A stretch of 64,000 nucleotides of DNA from Mustelus asterias (GCF_964213995.1 NW_027590121.1:2666001-2730000), one strand, 5' to 3'; counted from the first letter of the stretch, positions 1 through 12,611 are shown. Notes: generated from the letters alone by a model not told the origin. Translations and numbers: made by a program.

Positions 1-120
1 TTTCAAAATACATTTAGAAATATCAGCATATGTTTTCAAATTGTAATTGTTTAATCTTCTTACTGCATACACATATGTCTAGTCTATTCCCCTGTTAGCT
101 ATCAACTAGTTTCAAGAATC

Positions 121-480
121 ATTCTGAGGGGCTTGGATAGAGTGGACGTGGAGAGGATGTTTCCAAGAGTGGGAGAGACTAGAACTCGAGGGCACAATCT
201 CAGGGTTAAGGGACGCTCCTTTAAAACTGAGATGAGAAGGAATTTCTTCAGTCAGAGAGTGGTGAATCTGTGGAATTCATTGCCACATAGGGCTGTGGAG
301 GCCGGGTCATTGAGTGTCTTTAAGACAGAGATAGATAGGTTCTTGATCAATAAGGGGATCAAGGGTTACAGGGAGAAGGTAGGAGAATGGGGATGAGAAT
401 CATATCAGCCATGATTGAATGGTGGAGCAGACTCGATGGGGAAACGGCCTATTTCTGCTCCTATATCTTATGGTCTTATT
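121..480 (+). mobile_element. CR1/HER1-type LINE 3' fragment
   Basis: ORF 133-396 is a CR1 ORF2 C-terminus (TRGHNLR..RRNFFSQRVVNLWNSLP); ends in TCTTATGGTCTTAT tail. Confidence 0.9.
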
Positions 481-1227
481 TAACTCTTTATTACTATTCT
501 GTCTGAAAATCTTATGAGCTGGTCCGGAATCCCCCTCTACCCGCTCCCTGTGAGGAGGCCGGATGTGGATTATTACCAAAAGTCTGATTGTCGGTGGGGG
601 GTCTGGTGGGTGGAAGCAGAACCTGGAGTTGGGCAGTGGGTGTTACCGTACTGGTATTGAGGCTCCTGGGTGGTCACACTGTGTTCCCCTTCTCCATGGG
701 ATGCCACCTGTGTGGGTTCATGTTGGGCACTGGAAATTTCCAGTGTACAGTTTAGTGTGGGGTTACATCCCCCTCCCTACAGGGTGTGGGCGGACAACAT
801 TCCTCCCTTTCTCCCGACACTCCACAAACAAGATTCCCGGAGAGAGGGATCCACTCTGAGTTATAGTCAGTACATTTAATCAATGCAGTAGATTGTGTGG
901 ACATAAAAGATTCTCCAGCTCTCCATTCACCTGGATCCATCTTGTGGATAAATGTTATGAAGTATTATTTCTCCCGAGCCTTCAATTGTCCCAATCCAAA
1001 ATTCCTTTAAGCTTTAGTCCATCTTCATTGTCTTAAAGTCCGTTTGTCTCTGGAGTTTGTGTCAGTGCCTTGATCATTTCAAAATGTTTTCTTACTCTTC
1101 AGGCCATGTTAGCCATTGCACGCCGCATATTCTGAGGGAGTCTGCATCAGTGTCCTGTACACCCTGTCTGACTGGTAACTACTGTGAGGAGGCTGAGGGA
1201 CCACTCCCACCTCTTTCCTGTGCTATT

Positions 1228-1412
1228 TCTCATCTCAACCCAGTCTGATTCTTTGTGTTGCTCTTTCAGGCTAAGGACATCTCTCACTACTGTACTAATA
1301 TCATCCTTCATTAACAGAGCTACCCCACCTCCTTTTCCAAGCTTCCTATCTTTTGAAAGTGTCAAATACTCTGCAATATTTAGTTCCCAGCCTTAGTCAC
1401 TCTGTAACCATT
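1228..1412 (-). mobile_element. CR1 APE endonuclease fragment
   Basis: ORF 1147-1365 KDR..GKGGGVALL..ES.WVE.RN motif, homologous to ORF 8504-9883. Confidence 0.7.
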
Positions 1413-1707
1413 GTTAGGATACCAGGCCGGAACTCCAAGTTATATTAGGAAGCCAGACGAGACCTCAACATTTATCTTTTTGGGAAAAATGTGAGGAGAG
1501 GAGACTTTGCTCCAGGAGTGATGAGAAAATAGAGATTTTTAAAATATTAAAATAAACTTTATTCACAACTGTTTAAATACAACACTAACAACGTAAACAA
1601 TTAACCGCTGAACAATACTTAAAATGAAAGGAATCAATTTAATTTCTAACTTAGCAACATCCGTTCAGAGGTTCAAATCCCAATTTAAATACAGTTAACA
1701 AGCACAG

Positions 1708-2360
1708 ATCATAGAGTCATCAAGGTTTACAGCATGGAAACAGTGTCTTCAGCTCAACTTGTCCATGGCGCCCTTATCTTTTTAACCATCAAGCTAGTCC
1801 TAATTGCCCATGTTTGGCCCATATCTCTCTATACCCACCTTACACATGTAACTGTCTAAACGTTTTTTAAAAGTCAAAATTGTGCCTGCCTCTACTACTA
1901 CCTCTGGCAGCTTGTTCCAGACACTCATCACCTTCTGTGTGAAAAAATTGCCCCTCTGGACCCTTTTTATCTCCCCTCCCACCTTAAACCTATGCCCTCT
2001 AGTTTTAGACTCCCCTACCTTTGGGAAAAGATATTGACTATCGAGCTGATCTATGCCCCTCATTATTTTATAGACTTCCATAATATCACCCCAAAGCCTC
2101 CTACGCTCCAGAGAAAAATGTCCCAGTCTATCCAACCTCTCCTTATAACTCAAACCACCAAGTCCCGGTAGCATCCTAGTAAATCTTTTCTGCACTCTTT
2201 CGAGTTTAGTAATATCCTATCTCTAATAGGTTGATCTGAACTGTACACAGTATTCAAAGTGTGGTCTTACCAATGTCTTCGACAACTTCAGTAAGACGTC
2301 CCAACTCCTGTACTCAATGTTCTGACCAATGAAACCAAGCATGCCAAATACCTTCTACAT
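1708..2360 (-). mobile_element. CR1-type LINE 3' fragment
   Basis: ORF 1800-2195 (QKRFTRMLPG..RRL.GD..EVYKI..TRGHRFK). Confidence 0.9.
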
Positions 2361-2371
2361 GCAGACAATCA

Positions 2372-2713
2372 TAGATTCATAGAAACCCTACAGTACAGAA
2401 AGAGGCCATTTGGCCCATTGAGTCTGCACCGACCACAATCCCACCCAGGCCCTACCCCCATACCCCTGCATATTTTACCCACTAATCCCTCTAACCTACG
2501 CATCTCAGGACACTAAGGGCAATTTTAGCATAGCCAATCAACCTAACTCGCACATCTTTGGACTGTGGGAGGAAACCGGAGCACCCGGAGGAAACCCACA
2601 CAGACACGAGGAGAATGTGCAAACTCCACACAGACAGTGACCCAAGCCGGAAATCGAACCCTGGTCCCTGTAGCTGTGAAGCAGCAGTGCTAACCACTCT
2701 GCTACCGTGCCGC
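2372..2713 (-). mobile_element. HE1-type tRNA-derived V-SINE
   Basis: A/B-box head, V-domain CTGTGTGGAGTTTGCACATTCTC..GGTTTCCTCCGGGTGCTCCGGTTTCCTCCCA, CR1-like tail. Confidence 0.9.
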
Positions 2714-2809
2714 AACTAGGGATGGGTAATAAATGCTGGCCAGTCAGCGATGCCCATGTCCCACGAATGAATAAAATAAATCACAGAATTGTTTTGATTC
2801 AAAGTTGAG

Positions 2810-3776
2810 ACCTCATCCACACACACAACACGAGTAGAGTCTCTCCCGCTGTGAATGCTGTAATATTTTTTCAGGCTGTATAACTAGTTAAAGCTCTTTC
2901 CACAGTCAGTGCACTGGAACACTCTCATTCGAGTATGTGTGTGTCTCGGTGATTTGCCACTCACATTGATGTTTAAAACTTTCTGAAGCAGACGGTACAG
3001 AGAAACATTTCTTCTTCTGGATTCAAAGGCCGATGATAATCAGATCCTGATGAGTTGAGTGAGGACGGGACGTTTGGTTTGAGATTTCTGTCTGTAAATC
3101 CTCATCACCTGATATCCTGTAAAAGAAGTTTATAAAAGTCATCACTCAGTACAAGATAGAAATTCAGAACAGATAATTCTAGTTTCTACGGAACATTCTT
3201 TCCCCTCTCATTCCACAAAGGCTGTAAATCTCCATCCCACACACTCTCCCTCCATTCTCACTCTGCTGTATCTAATATTTATCCTTCCAATTTTGCTGAA
3301 GGTGCTGAATCAGGCTGATTGACATACCCATGCTCACTGCTTCCTGTCAATCTTTTCAGTAAAACAATTAAACTAAATCAAATGAACTGAGGGACAAATA
3401 AACATTCTGCTCATCTTTTTTGGCAAAACAATTAAACATGAAATAAATCGCTAACTATTCTGTTAATCTTTTTGGCAAAACAAGTAAACCAAATTAAATT
3501 AAATGAGGGATAGATCAAAAGGGCAGACCTCAAAAAGAAGGTAATCACCTGTCCTGGACACAGAGAACTGAAAATCTCCATGCAGGCTGCCAGACAGATA
3601 TATGTCTATCTGACTGGACTAAAAATGTGTGGAACATACCGACTGAATTCACTTCCTTTCCCTTCAGTTGCTGCAAGTCCCCAATTTCCCCCAGAATGAG
3701 AAAAGAAATGGAAAGGGGGAAACATTGATTTCCTCCCAGATGTTGTCCAGAGGAGGGAGTTTCACTCTGAAGCTCA
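2810..3776 (-). pseudogene. Truncated ZNF cassette (exon 1, exon 2, acceptor and fossil leader only; coding array missing)
   Basis: Reverse-complement match to the cassette upstream of all ZNF ORFs; breaks off before the MEKPW start; exon-1 donor mutated (ATCTGGGAGG). Confidence 0.8.
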
Positions 3777-4245
3777 TTGGACAACTTCCGCATTGTGACG
3801 CCACGATAGAGCCGAGCCTGAATCAGCCAATAGACATCGGCCTGCTCCGCCACGACGTCCTGGGGTTCCAGTCCGCAGGCCCGGGCGAGCGGACGCGGGA
3901 ACCCCGCCCCCACCCATTGTTCCCCTCCCCCTGCACCTCCTCGAGCCAAGGTTTCCAAGGCAACTGGCTGGCGGCTCCGGCCAGAGCGAGAAGCCGCTCG
4001 GTGATCTCCCCCTCCCCCCGGCCCAGGACTGCGCATGTCCAAGGGAGAGGGGCAGCTGCGCATGTGCGGAGGGTTGCCCGCCCCTTCCCACCAGCTCGCA
4101 GAGGTATTGACCAATGGGAAGAGTTGGAGGACCGGAAGTACCTTTCTCCTGCAGCCAACCAGAGCCCCCCCATTGTCTGAATGCGGAAACCAGACAATGA
4201 GCTTGTTCACCCGGAAAGCTGCTGCTGCTGTTCTCGCCGAATGAA
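3777..4245. promoter_or_regulatory. CpG-island bidirectional promoter (pair 1)
   Basis: CpG-rich; CCAAT boxes, NRF1-like GCGCATGTGCG, ETS CCGGAAGT 4132-4139, CRE-like TGACG; flanked by inverted exon-1/intron-1 modules. Confidence 0.75.
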
Positions 4246-4919
4246 GATTGAGCTTCAGACAGACTCAAACTTCCTTCTGTCTCCCACATCTGTGAGTAAA
4301 ACACTTTCTTTTATCCCCCTTTCCATTTCTTTTCTCATTCTGGGGGAAATTGGGGACTTGCAGCAACTGAAGGGAAAGGAAGTGAATCCAGGGAGGCTGC
4401 AGACTCTGGAAAGGTTGGCCCAGGTCTCTCTCTCTCTCTCTTAAAGACATTGACATCCTTTGCTCCCTCAGCTTGACACATTGATTTGTCTGGTTAAAAG
4501 GATGGTCCCTTTCCTAATGTTCACAATTAAAGGGCTGGTTTCCCCAGGGGATGGCTGACATTTAATAGAACAATAAATTAATATAGGACAGAGATATGCT
4601 TAGTGTTGTTATATTATAGATTTGGTATATTATTTATGGTTCTGTAACAAAGTACATTTATTATTATTTCTCATCTTGTAATGTAGCACTGAAGCTATGT
4701 TATATATTTCCACTCATCGAGTCATTACAGCGCAGAAGGAGTCCATTCAGTAACTCGAGTCCATCCCGACTCTTTGTAGAACAATCCAGTCAGTCCCATT
4801 CCCTTTCTATATTCCCTTTCCCCTGCAACTTTATTTCCTTCATGTGCCCATCTAATTTCTGATATATATATTAAAGGGGACAGTAAACTAATATAGGACA
4901 GAGAAATGTCTGATGTTGT

Positions 4920-5222
4920 TTTTTTTTTATTCATCCTTGGGACACGGGCATTGCCGGCTGGGCCAGCATTTATTGCCCATCCCTAATTGCCCTTGAACTG
5001 AATGGCTCGCTGGCCCATTTCGGAGGATGGTTGAGAGTCAACCACATTACTGTGGCTCTGGAGTCACATGTAGGCCAGACTGGGTAAGGACGGCAGATTT
5101 CCTTCCCTTAAATTCAAATTCCACCATCTGCCGTGGCAGGATTCGAACCTGAGTCCCCAGAGCATTAGCTAAGTTTCTGGATTAATAGTCTAGCGATAAT
5201 ACCACAAGGCTATCAGCTCCCC
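4920..5222 (-). mobile_element. tRNA-derived SINE, second family
   Basis: Reverse complement of the element at 11543-11925 (B box GGTTCGAATCC, tail GGGCAATAAATGCTGGCC). Confidence 0.8.
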
Positions 5223-6517
5223 TGTTGTTATATGGTACAGATTAGATATATTATTTATAGCTCTGTAATAAAATACACTTATTATATCTGGCTGTGTAAT
5301 TTTGGACTGCAGCTATATTATATATTTCCAACAATCTCTTCCCTCAGAGAATTGTTAGTATCTAGATTTCTCTTCCATAGGGGAGGGATTGAATATATTC
5401 AAGGATGAGTTAGACAGTTTTCGAATGACAAGGGAGTCAATAATTATTGGGAACAGGCTGGAAAATGGAGAGAAAGCTCAGATGAGGAAGGATTTCTTCA
5501 CTCAAGGATGTGGTGATGTTTTGGATTCTCTACCCCAGAGGACTATAGAGCCTCAGTCATCAAGATTTTTCAAGAGAGGGATTGATAGGTTTCAAGATAT
5601 TGAAGATATCGATGGATATGGGGGACAGTGTGGGGAAAATAATGCAGAGGTAGATCAACCAATAATCTGAATGAATGGTTGAGCAGACTCGATGGGCCGA
5701 ATGCTGACTGCAGCTCCTATTTGTTCTGATTTCTGTGCTGGACAGGAAGCAGTGAGCATGGATCTGTCAATCAGCCTGAATCAGCACCTTCAGGAGAATT
5801 GGGAGGGTGAATATTAGATACAGCAGAGTGAGAATGGAGGGAGAGTGTGTGGGATGGAGATTTACAGCTTTTGGGGAATGGGAGAGGAAAGAATGTTCAT
5901 TAGAATCATTGAATTGCTCCATCTTATCAACCGTCCCTGAGCTTTCACAATGAATCCCACTCCTGAGGACACCCTTATCTCTGACTTGTCTGTACTGCCG
6001 GCAGTCTCACAAAACAGCTGCCTGTGTGCTGATACGGGAGGCCCTGCTGGGCAGGTTTAATACTCCATGACTGTGTCTTTAATGAATGCTCCATAGAAAC
6101 TAGAAATGTAGATTTGAATTTCGATCGTATTCTGAATTGCGATGTTTTTTTCTAAATTGACTTGCAGGATATGAGACAAGGAGAAATCAGACAGAAATCT
6201 CCAACATCACATCGAGATCTGACAGAGTGACTCGACTTCTTGAGACCTGAATATCATCGGCCTTTGAATCGAACAGGAGAAATGTTTGTTTGGCCTCTTG
6301 GCTTCAAAAGATTGTAAACATCGCTGTGATTAGAAATGCACTGAGATACACACACCCGAGTGAGAGTGTTCCAGTGCACTGAGTGTGGAAAGAGCTTTAA
6401 CCAGTTACACAGCCTGAAAATACATCGCAGCATTCACAGCGGGGAGAGACTGTACCCGTGTTCTGTGTGAGATTTAACTGATTGTTTAACCTGGAGAGTC
6501 ACAAGGACACCCGCACC

Positions 6518-7950
6518 ATGGAGAAACCGTGGAAATGTGGGGACTGTGGGAAGAGATACAGAGCCCCATCTGAGCTGGAAATTCATCAACGCAGTCACAC
6601 TGGGGAGAGACCATTCACCTGCTCTGTGTGTGGGAAGGGATTCATTCATTTAGGCAGCCTGCAGAAACACAAGGTCACTCATACCCAGGAGAGACCTTTT
6701 AAATGTTCTGACTGTGGGAGCAGATTCAAACGCTCTCAGGGACTGGTGTCCCACCAGCGCATTCACAGTGAGGAGAGACCGTTCAGCTGCTCTCACTGCT
6801 CAAAGAGGTTTAGAACATCATACCACCTGCGGAGACACCAGCGAGTTCACACTGGGGAAAGGCCGTTCCCCTGCTCTGTGTGTGGGAAGGGATTCACTCA
6901 GTCATCCACCCCTGAAGACACACCGAGTCACTCATACCAATGAGAGACCGTTTAAATGCTCTGACTGTGGGAGCGGATTCAAAAGCTCTCAGGATCTCGT
7001 GTCCCACCAGCGCATTCACACTGAGGAGAGACCGTTCAGCTGCTCTCACTGCTCAAAGAGGTTTAGAACATCATACCACCTGCGGAGACACCAGCGAGTT
7101 CACACTGGGGAAAGGCCATTCCCCTGCTCTGTGTGTGGGAAGGGATTCACTCAGTCATCCACCCTGAAGACACACCGAGTCACTCATACCAATGAGAGAC
7201 CGTTTAAATGCTCTGACTGTGGGAGCGGATTCAAAAGCTCTCAGGATCTCGTGTCCCACCAGCGCATTCACACTGAGGAGAGACCGTTCAGCTGCTCTCA
7301 CTGCACAGAGGTTTAGAACATCATACAACCTGCAGACACACCAGCGAGTTCACACCGGGGAGAGACCGTTCACCTGCTCTGTGTGTGGGAAGGGATTCAC
7401 TCAATTATCCACCCTGCTGAAACACAATCTCACTCACACCCAGGAGAGATCCTTTAAATGCTCTGACTGTGGGGGAGGTTTCAAAAGCTCTGGAGAACTG
7501 GTGTCCCACCAGCGCACTCACACTGAGGAGAGACCGTTCAGCTGCTCTCACTGCTCAAAGAGGTTTAGAACATCATACCACCTGCGGATACACCAGCGAG
7601 TTCACACCGGGGAGAGGCCGTTCACCTGCTCTGTGTGTGGGAAGGGATTCACTCAGTCATTCCACCTGCGCACACACAATCTCACTCACACCAATGAGAG
7701 ACCCTTTAAATGCTCTGACTGTGGGAGCGGATTCAGAAGCTCTCAGGATCTGGTGTCCCACCAGCGCATTCACACTGAGGAGAGACCGTTCAGCTGCTCT
7801 CACTGCTCAAAGAGGTTTAAAACGTCATCCCACCTGCGGATACATCAGCGAGTTCACACCGGGGAGAGACCATTCACCTGCTCTGTGTGTGGGAAGGGAT
7901 TCACTGCTTCATCCAGCCTGCTGAGACACAAAGACACTCACTCCAAGGAG
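6518..7950 (+). pseudogene. C2H2 zinc-finger array, 17 fingers, two frameshifts (~6910, ~7308), 3' end fused to an inverted CR1 tail
   Basis: ORFs 6482-6943, 6714-7316 and 7192-8031 join into CxxC-12-HxxxH fingers with TGERP linkers; the frameshifts could be assembly errors. Confidence 0.85.
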
Positions 7951-7952
7951 AG

Positions 7953-8190
7953 CCATAAGACCATAAGACATAGGAGCGGAAGTAAGGCCATTCGGCCCAT
8001 CGAGTCCACTCCACCATTCAATCATGGTTGATTTCAACTCCATCCGCTCTCTCCCCATAGCCCTTAATTCCTCGAGAAATCAAGAATTTATCAATTTCTG
8101 TCTTGAAGACGCTCAACGTCTCGGCCTCCACAGCCCTCTGTGGCAATGAATTCCACAGACCCACCACCCTCTGGCTGAAGAAATTTCTCC
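7953..8190 (-). mobile_element. CR1 3'-end fragment inverted against the adjacent long CR1
   Basis: Near-identical reverse complement of 11215-11456, including the TCTTATGG tail. Confidence 0.95.
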
Positions 8191-11100
8191 AAGTTAACAC
8201 GTGGCTGAAAGAGTGGTGTGGGAAAGAGGGGTTCTTTTTCATGGGACACTGGCATCAGTTTTGGGGCAGGGGGGACCTATACCGTTGGGATGGTCTCCAC
8301 CTGGACCGAGCTGGGGTCAGTGTTCTGGCGAAGAGAGTAAATGGGGTGGTCAATAGGACTTTAAACTAGAGATTGGGGGGGAAGGGAATGTCAGGGAACC
8401 AAGAGGTGAAGGAATCAGTGGGAAGCGTAGCTGCTTAGGATTACAAAAAATCACGAAAAGACAGCGCTCAGGAGAGGTTACGATAGTCCCCATCTCACAA
8501 AATATGACACAGTGTCTGGAAAGGCTCAGTAGACCAAGGTCCACCACACTACGAAAACAAAAAGGGACGGTCAATAGGGAATTAAAGGTGCTATATTTAA
8601 ATGCCCGCAGTGTCCGGAACAAGGTAGATGAGCTTGTGGCCCAGATTGTGACTGGCAGGTATGATGTGGTAGGCATCACAGAGACGTGGTTGCAGGGGGT
8701 TCAGGACTGGCAGTTAAACATCCAGGGATTCACAACCTATCGAAAAGACAGAGAGGTGGGTAGAGGGGGCGGGGTTGCCATGTTAATTAGAAATGAAATT
8801 AAATCAATAGCACTAAACGACATAGGGTCAGACGATGTGGAGTCTGTGTGGGTAGAGTTGAGGAACCACAAAGGCAAAAAAACCATAATGGGAGTTATGT
8901 ACAGGCCTCCTGACAGTGGTCAGGACCAGGGGCACAAAATGCACCACGAAATAGAAAGGGCATGTCAGAAAGGCAAGGTCACAGTGATCATGGGGGATTT
9001 CAATATGCAGGTGGACTGGGTAAATAATGTTGCCAGTGGACCCAAAGAAAGGGAATTCATTGAATGTTTACAGGATGGCTTTTTGGAACAGCTTGTGATG
9101 GAGCCCACGAGGGAACAGGCTATTCTGGACTTAGTGTTATGTAATGAGCCAGATGTGATAAAAGATCTTAAAGTAAGGGAACACTTAGGAAGCAGTGATC
9201 ATAATATGGTAGAATTCAGTCTGCAATTTGAAAGAAGGAAGGCAGAATCAGATGTGAAGGTTCTACAGTTAAATAAAGGTAATTACAGGCGCATGAGGGA
9301 GGAACTGACAAAAATCGACTGGAAGCAGAGCCTAGTGGGAAAGACAGTAGAACAGCAATGGCAGGAGTTTCTGGGAGTAATTGAGGACACAGTGCAGAGG
9401 TTCATCCCAAACAAAAGAAAGGTTATCAGAGGGGGGATTAGGCAGCCATGGCTGACAAAGGAAGTCAGGGAATGCATCAAGGCAAAAGAGAGAGCCTATA
9501 ATGTGGCAAAGAGTAGTGGGAAGTCAGAAGATTGGGAAGGCTATAAAAACAAACAGAGGATAACAAAGAGAGAAATAATGAAGGAGAGGATCAAATATGA
9601 AGGTAGGCTAGCCAGTAACATTAGGAATGATAGTAAAAGTTTCTTTAAATACATTAAAAACAAACGGGAGGCAAAAGTAGACATTGGGCTCCAAAATGAC
9701 GCTGGTAATCTAGTGATGGGAGACAAGGAAATAGCTGAGGAACTTAATAAGTACTTTGCGTCAGTCTTCACGGTAGAAGACATGAGTAATATCCCAACAA
9801 TTCAGGAAAGTCGGGGCAGAGTTGAATATGGTTGCCATCACAAAGGAGAAAGTGCTAGAGAAACTAAAAGGTCTGAAAATTGATAAATCTCCGGGCCCAG
9901 ATGGGCTACATCCTAGAGTTCTAAAGGAGATAGCTGAAGAAATAGTGGAGGCGTTAGTTATGATCTTTCAAAAGTCACTGGAGTCAGGGAAAGTCCCAGA
10001 GGATTGGAAAATCGCTGTTGTAACCCCACTGTTCAAGAAGGGAACAAGAAAAAAGATGGAAAATTATAGGCCAATTAGCCTAACCTCAGTTGTTGGCAAA
10101 ATTCTAGAATCCATCGTTAAGGATGAGATTTCTAAATTCTTGGAAGTGCAGGGTCGGATTAGGACAAGTCAGCATGGATTTAGTAAGGGGAGGTCGTGCC
10201 TGACAAACCTGTTAGAGTTCTTTGAAGAGATAATAAATAGGTTAGACCAAGGAGAGCCAATGGATGTTATCTATCTTGACTTCCAAAAGGCCTTTGACAA
10301 GGTGCCTCACGGGAGACTGCTGAGTAAAATAAGGGCCCATGGTATTCGAGGCAAGGTACTAACATGGATTGATGATTGGCTGTCAGACAGAAGGCAGAGA
10401 GTTGGGATAAAAGGTTCTTTCTCAGAATGGCAACCGGTGACAAGTGGTGTCCCGCAGGGTTCAGTGTTGGGGCCACAGCTGTTCTCTTTATATATTAACG
10501 ATCTAGATGACGGGACTGGGGGCATTCTGGCCAAGTTTGCCGATGATACAAAGATAGGTGGAGGGGCAGGTAGTATTGAGGAGGTGGGGAGGCTGTAGAA
10601 AGATTTAGACAGTTTAGGAGAGTGGTCCAAGAAGTGGCTGATGAAATTCAACGTGGGCAAGTGCGAGGTCTTGCACTTTGGAAAAAAGAATAGAGGCATG
10701 GACTATTTTCTAAACGGTGACAAAATTCATAATGCTAAAGTGCAAAGGGACTTGGGAGTCCAAGTCCAGGATTCTCTAAAGGTAAACTTGCAGGTTGAGT
10801 CTGTAATTAAGAAAGCAAATGTAATGTTGTCATTTATCTCAAGAGGCTTGGAATACAAAAGCAGGGATGTACTTCTGAGGCTTTATAAAGCACTGGTTAG
10901 GCCCCATTTGGAGTACTGTGAACAATTTTGGGCCCCACACCTCAGGAAGGACATACTGGCACTGGAGCGGGTCCAGCGGAGATTCACACGGATGATCCCA
11001 GGAATGGTAGGCCTGACATACGATGAACGTCTGAGGATCGTGGGATTATATTCATTGGAGTTTAGGAGGTTGAGGGGAGATCTAATAGAAACTTACAAGA

Positions 11101-11460
11101 TAATGAACGGCTTAGATAGGATGGACGTAGGGAAGTTGTTTCCATTAGCAGGGGAGACTAGGACGCGGGGGCACAGCCTTAGAATAAAAGGGAGTCACTT
11201 TAGAACAGAGATGAGGAGAAATTTCTTCAGCCAGAGAGTGGTAGGTCTGTGGAATTCATTGCCACAGAGGGCTGTGGAGGCCGAGACGTTGAGCGTCTTC
11301 AAGACAGAAATTGATAAATTCTTGATTTCTCGAGGAATTAAGGGCTATGGGGAGAGAGCGGGTAAATGGAGTTGAAATCAACCATGATTGAATGGTGGAG
11401 TGGACTCGATGGGCCGAATGGCCTTACTTCCGCTCCTATGTCTTATGGTCTTATGGTCTT
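8191..11460 (+). mobile_element. Young 5'-truncated CR1 LINE: ORF1 esterase C-terminus plus nearly intact ORF2 (APE + RT)
   Basis: ORF1 end (WDGLHL) to 8369; ORF2 8504-11375 with APE motifs (GITETW, MGDFN, SDHN) and RT motifs ([23 protein letters not shown]); one frameshift ~9810, one stop 10596-10598; (TCTTATGG)n tail. Confidence 0.97.
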
Positions 11461-11542
11461 AATATTGAATTAGATTGTTAAAATTACAGACCAATACACC
11501 ATTACAGGCTCGGAGATGCATATAAATTTCATATAAAAGGCA

Positions 11543-11925
11543 GGCAGTGGCGTAGTGATATTGTCGCTGGACTAGTAATCAAGAGTCCCAGGTAATACTT
11601 CAGGGACCAGGGTTCGAATCCCACCACGGCAGGTGGTGAAATCTGAATTCAATAAAAATCTGGAGTTAAAAGTCTGATGACCAGGAAACTGTTGTCGATT
11701 GTTGTAAAAAAAACCCATCTGGTTCACGAATGTGTTTAGGGAAGGAAATCTGCCGTCCTTACCTGGTCTGGCACATCTTTGACTCCAGATCCACAGCAAT
11801 GTGGTTGACTCTTAAATGCCCTCTGCAATGGCCGAGCAATCCGCTCAGTTCAAGGGTAATTAGGGTGGGTACTAAATGCTGGCCAAGCCAGTGACATCCA
11901 CATCACATGAATGAATTTTTAAAAA
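11543..11925 (+). mobile_element. tRNA-derived SINE, second family
   Basis: A box TGGCGTAGTG, B box GGTTCGAATCC; tail resembles the old LINE end at ~30050-30120. Confidence 0.8.
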
Positions 11926-12611
11926 GTACTTCACTGAGTACTGGAACCATGTGAGGAATTACTCTGTCTGTATTATTGCAGCGCTGTTAATAAAGTCAGT
12001 AAAAGGCAATCTGTTGTTGGGAGCTTGATTATCAGCGGCTGAAACCACAAGGTTCAATATTTAGAGTCAATAAGATGAACAAAGGAACACATCAGAGCCC
12101 AATACTCCAGCTGGATATTCACAGGAGAAAGTCTGGTATCTAATACCTTGAGTGGAGAGAACAGAGAAAGATCCCAACTGTAAAAAAGCCTCAAATTATT
12201 TATAGTTTTCTAATGTTGACAGATTTCAAGTCAGTTTCTATCACTGAAGTCAATGGAAGGTGAGAGATGGCCAGAGGTTCCAGATAGAAATGTAACTTGA
12301 TGTTATCATTACCTTACATTGGTAGATTCAGGATTTTCACACAAACATTTTCAATCTTCGTACTATTTTCAGACGGTAAAGTTAAACCTGCCGTTTTACT
12401 TTGTCAGGAACAGATCCCAGTTTTACACCAATCTCTGATTTGACATCATGTTTCCAGCATTCTTCCTGACTCTAAACATAGTTGTAAAGGAGGTTCTGTT
12501 CCATATCTAGGAGCTCTAAACCATGGAAGAGAGTGGCTTTCTTACACACATCAGGATTAACCCACACATTCAGTCTTCAATATGATTAAAAGCAGAATCT
12601 AATTCTTGCAG

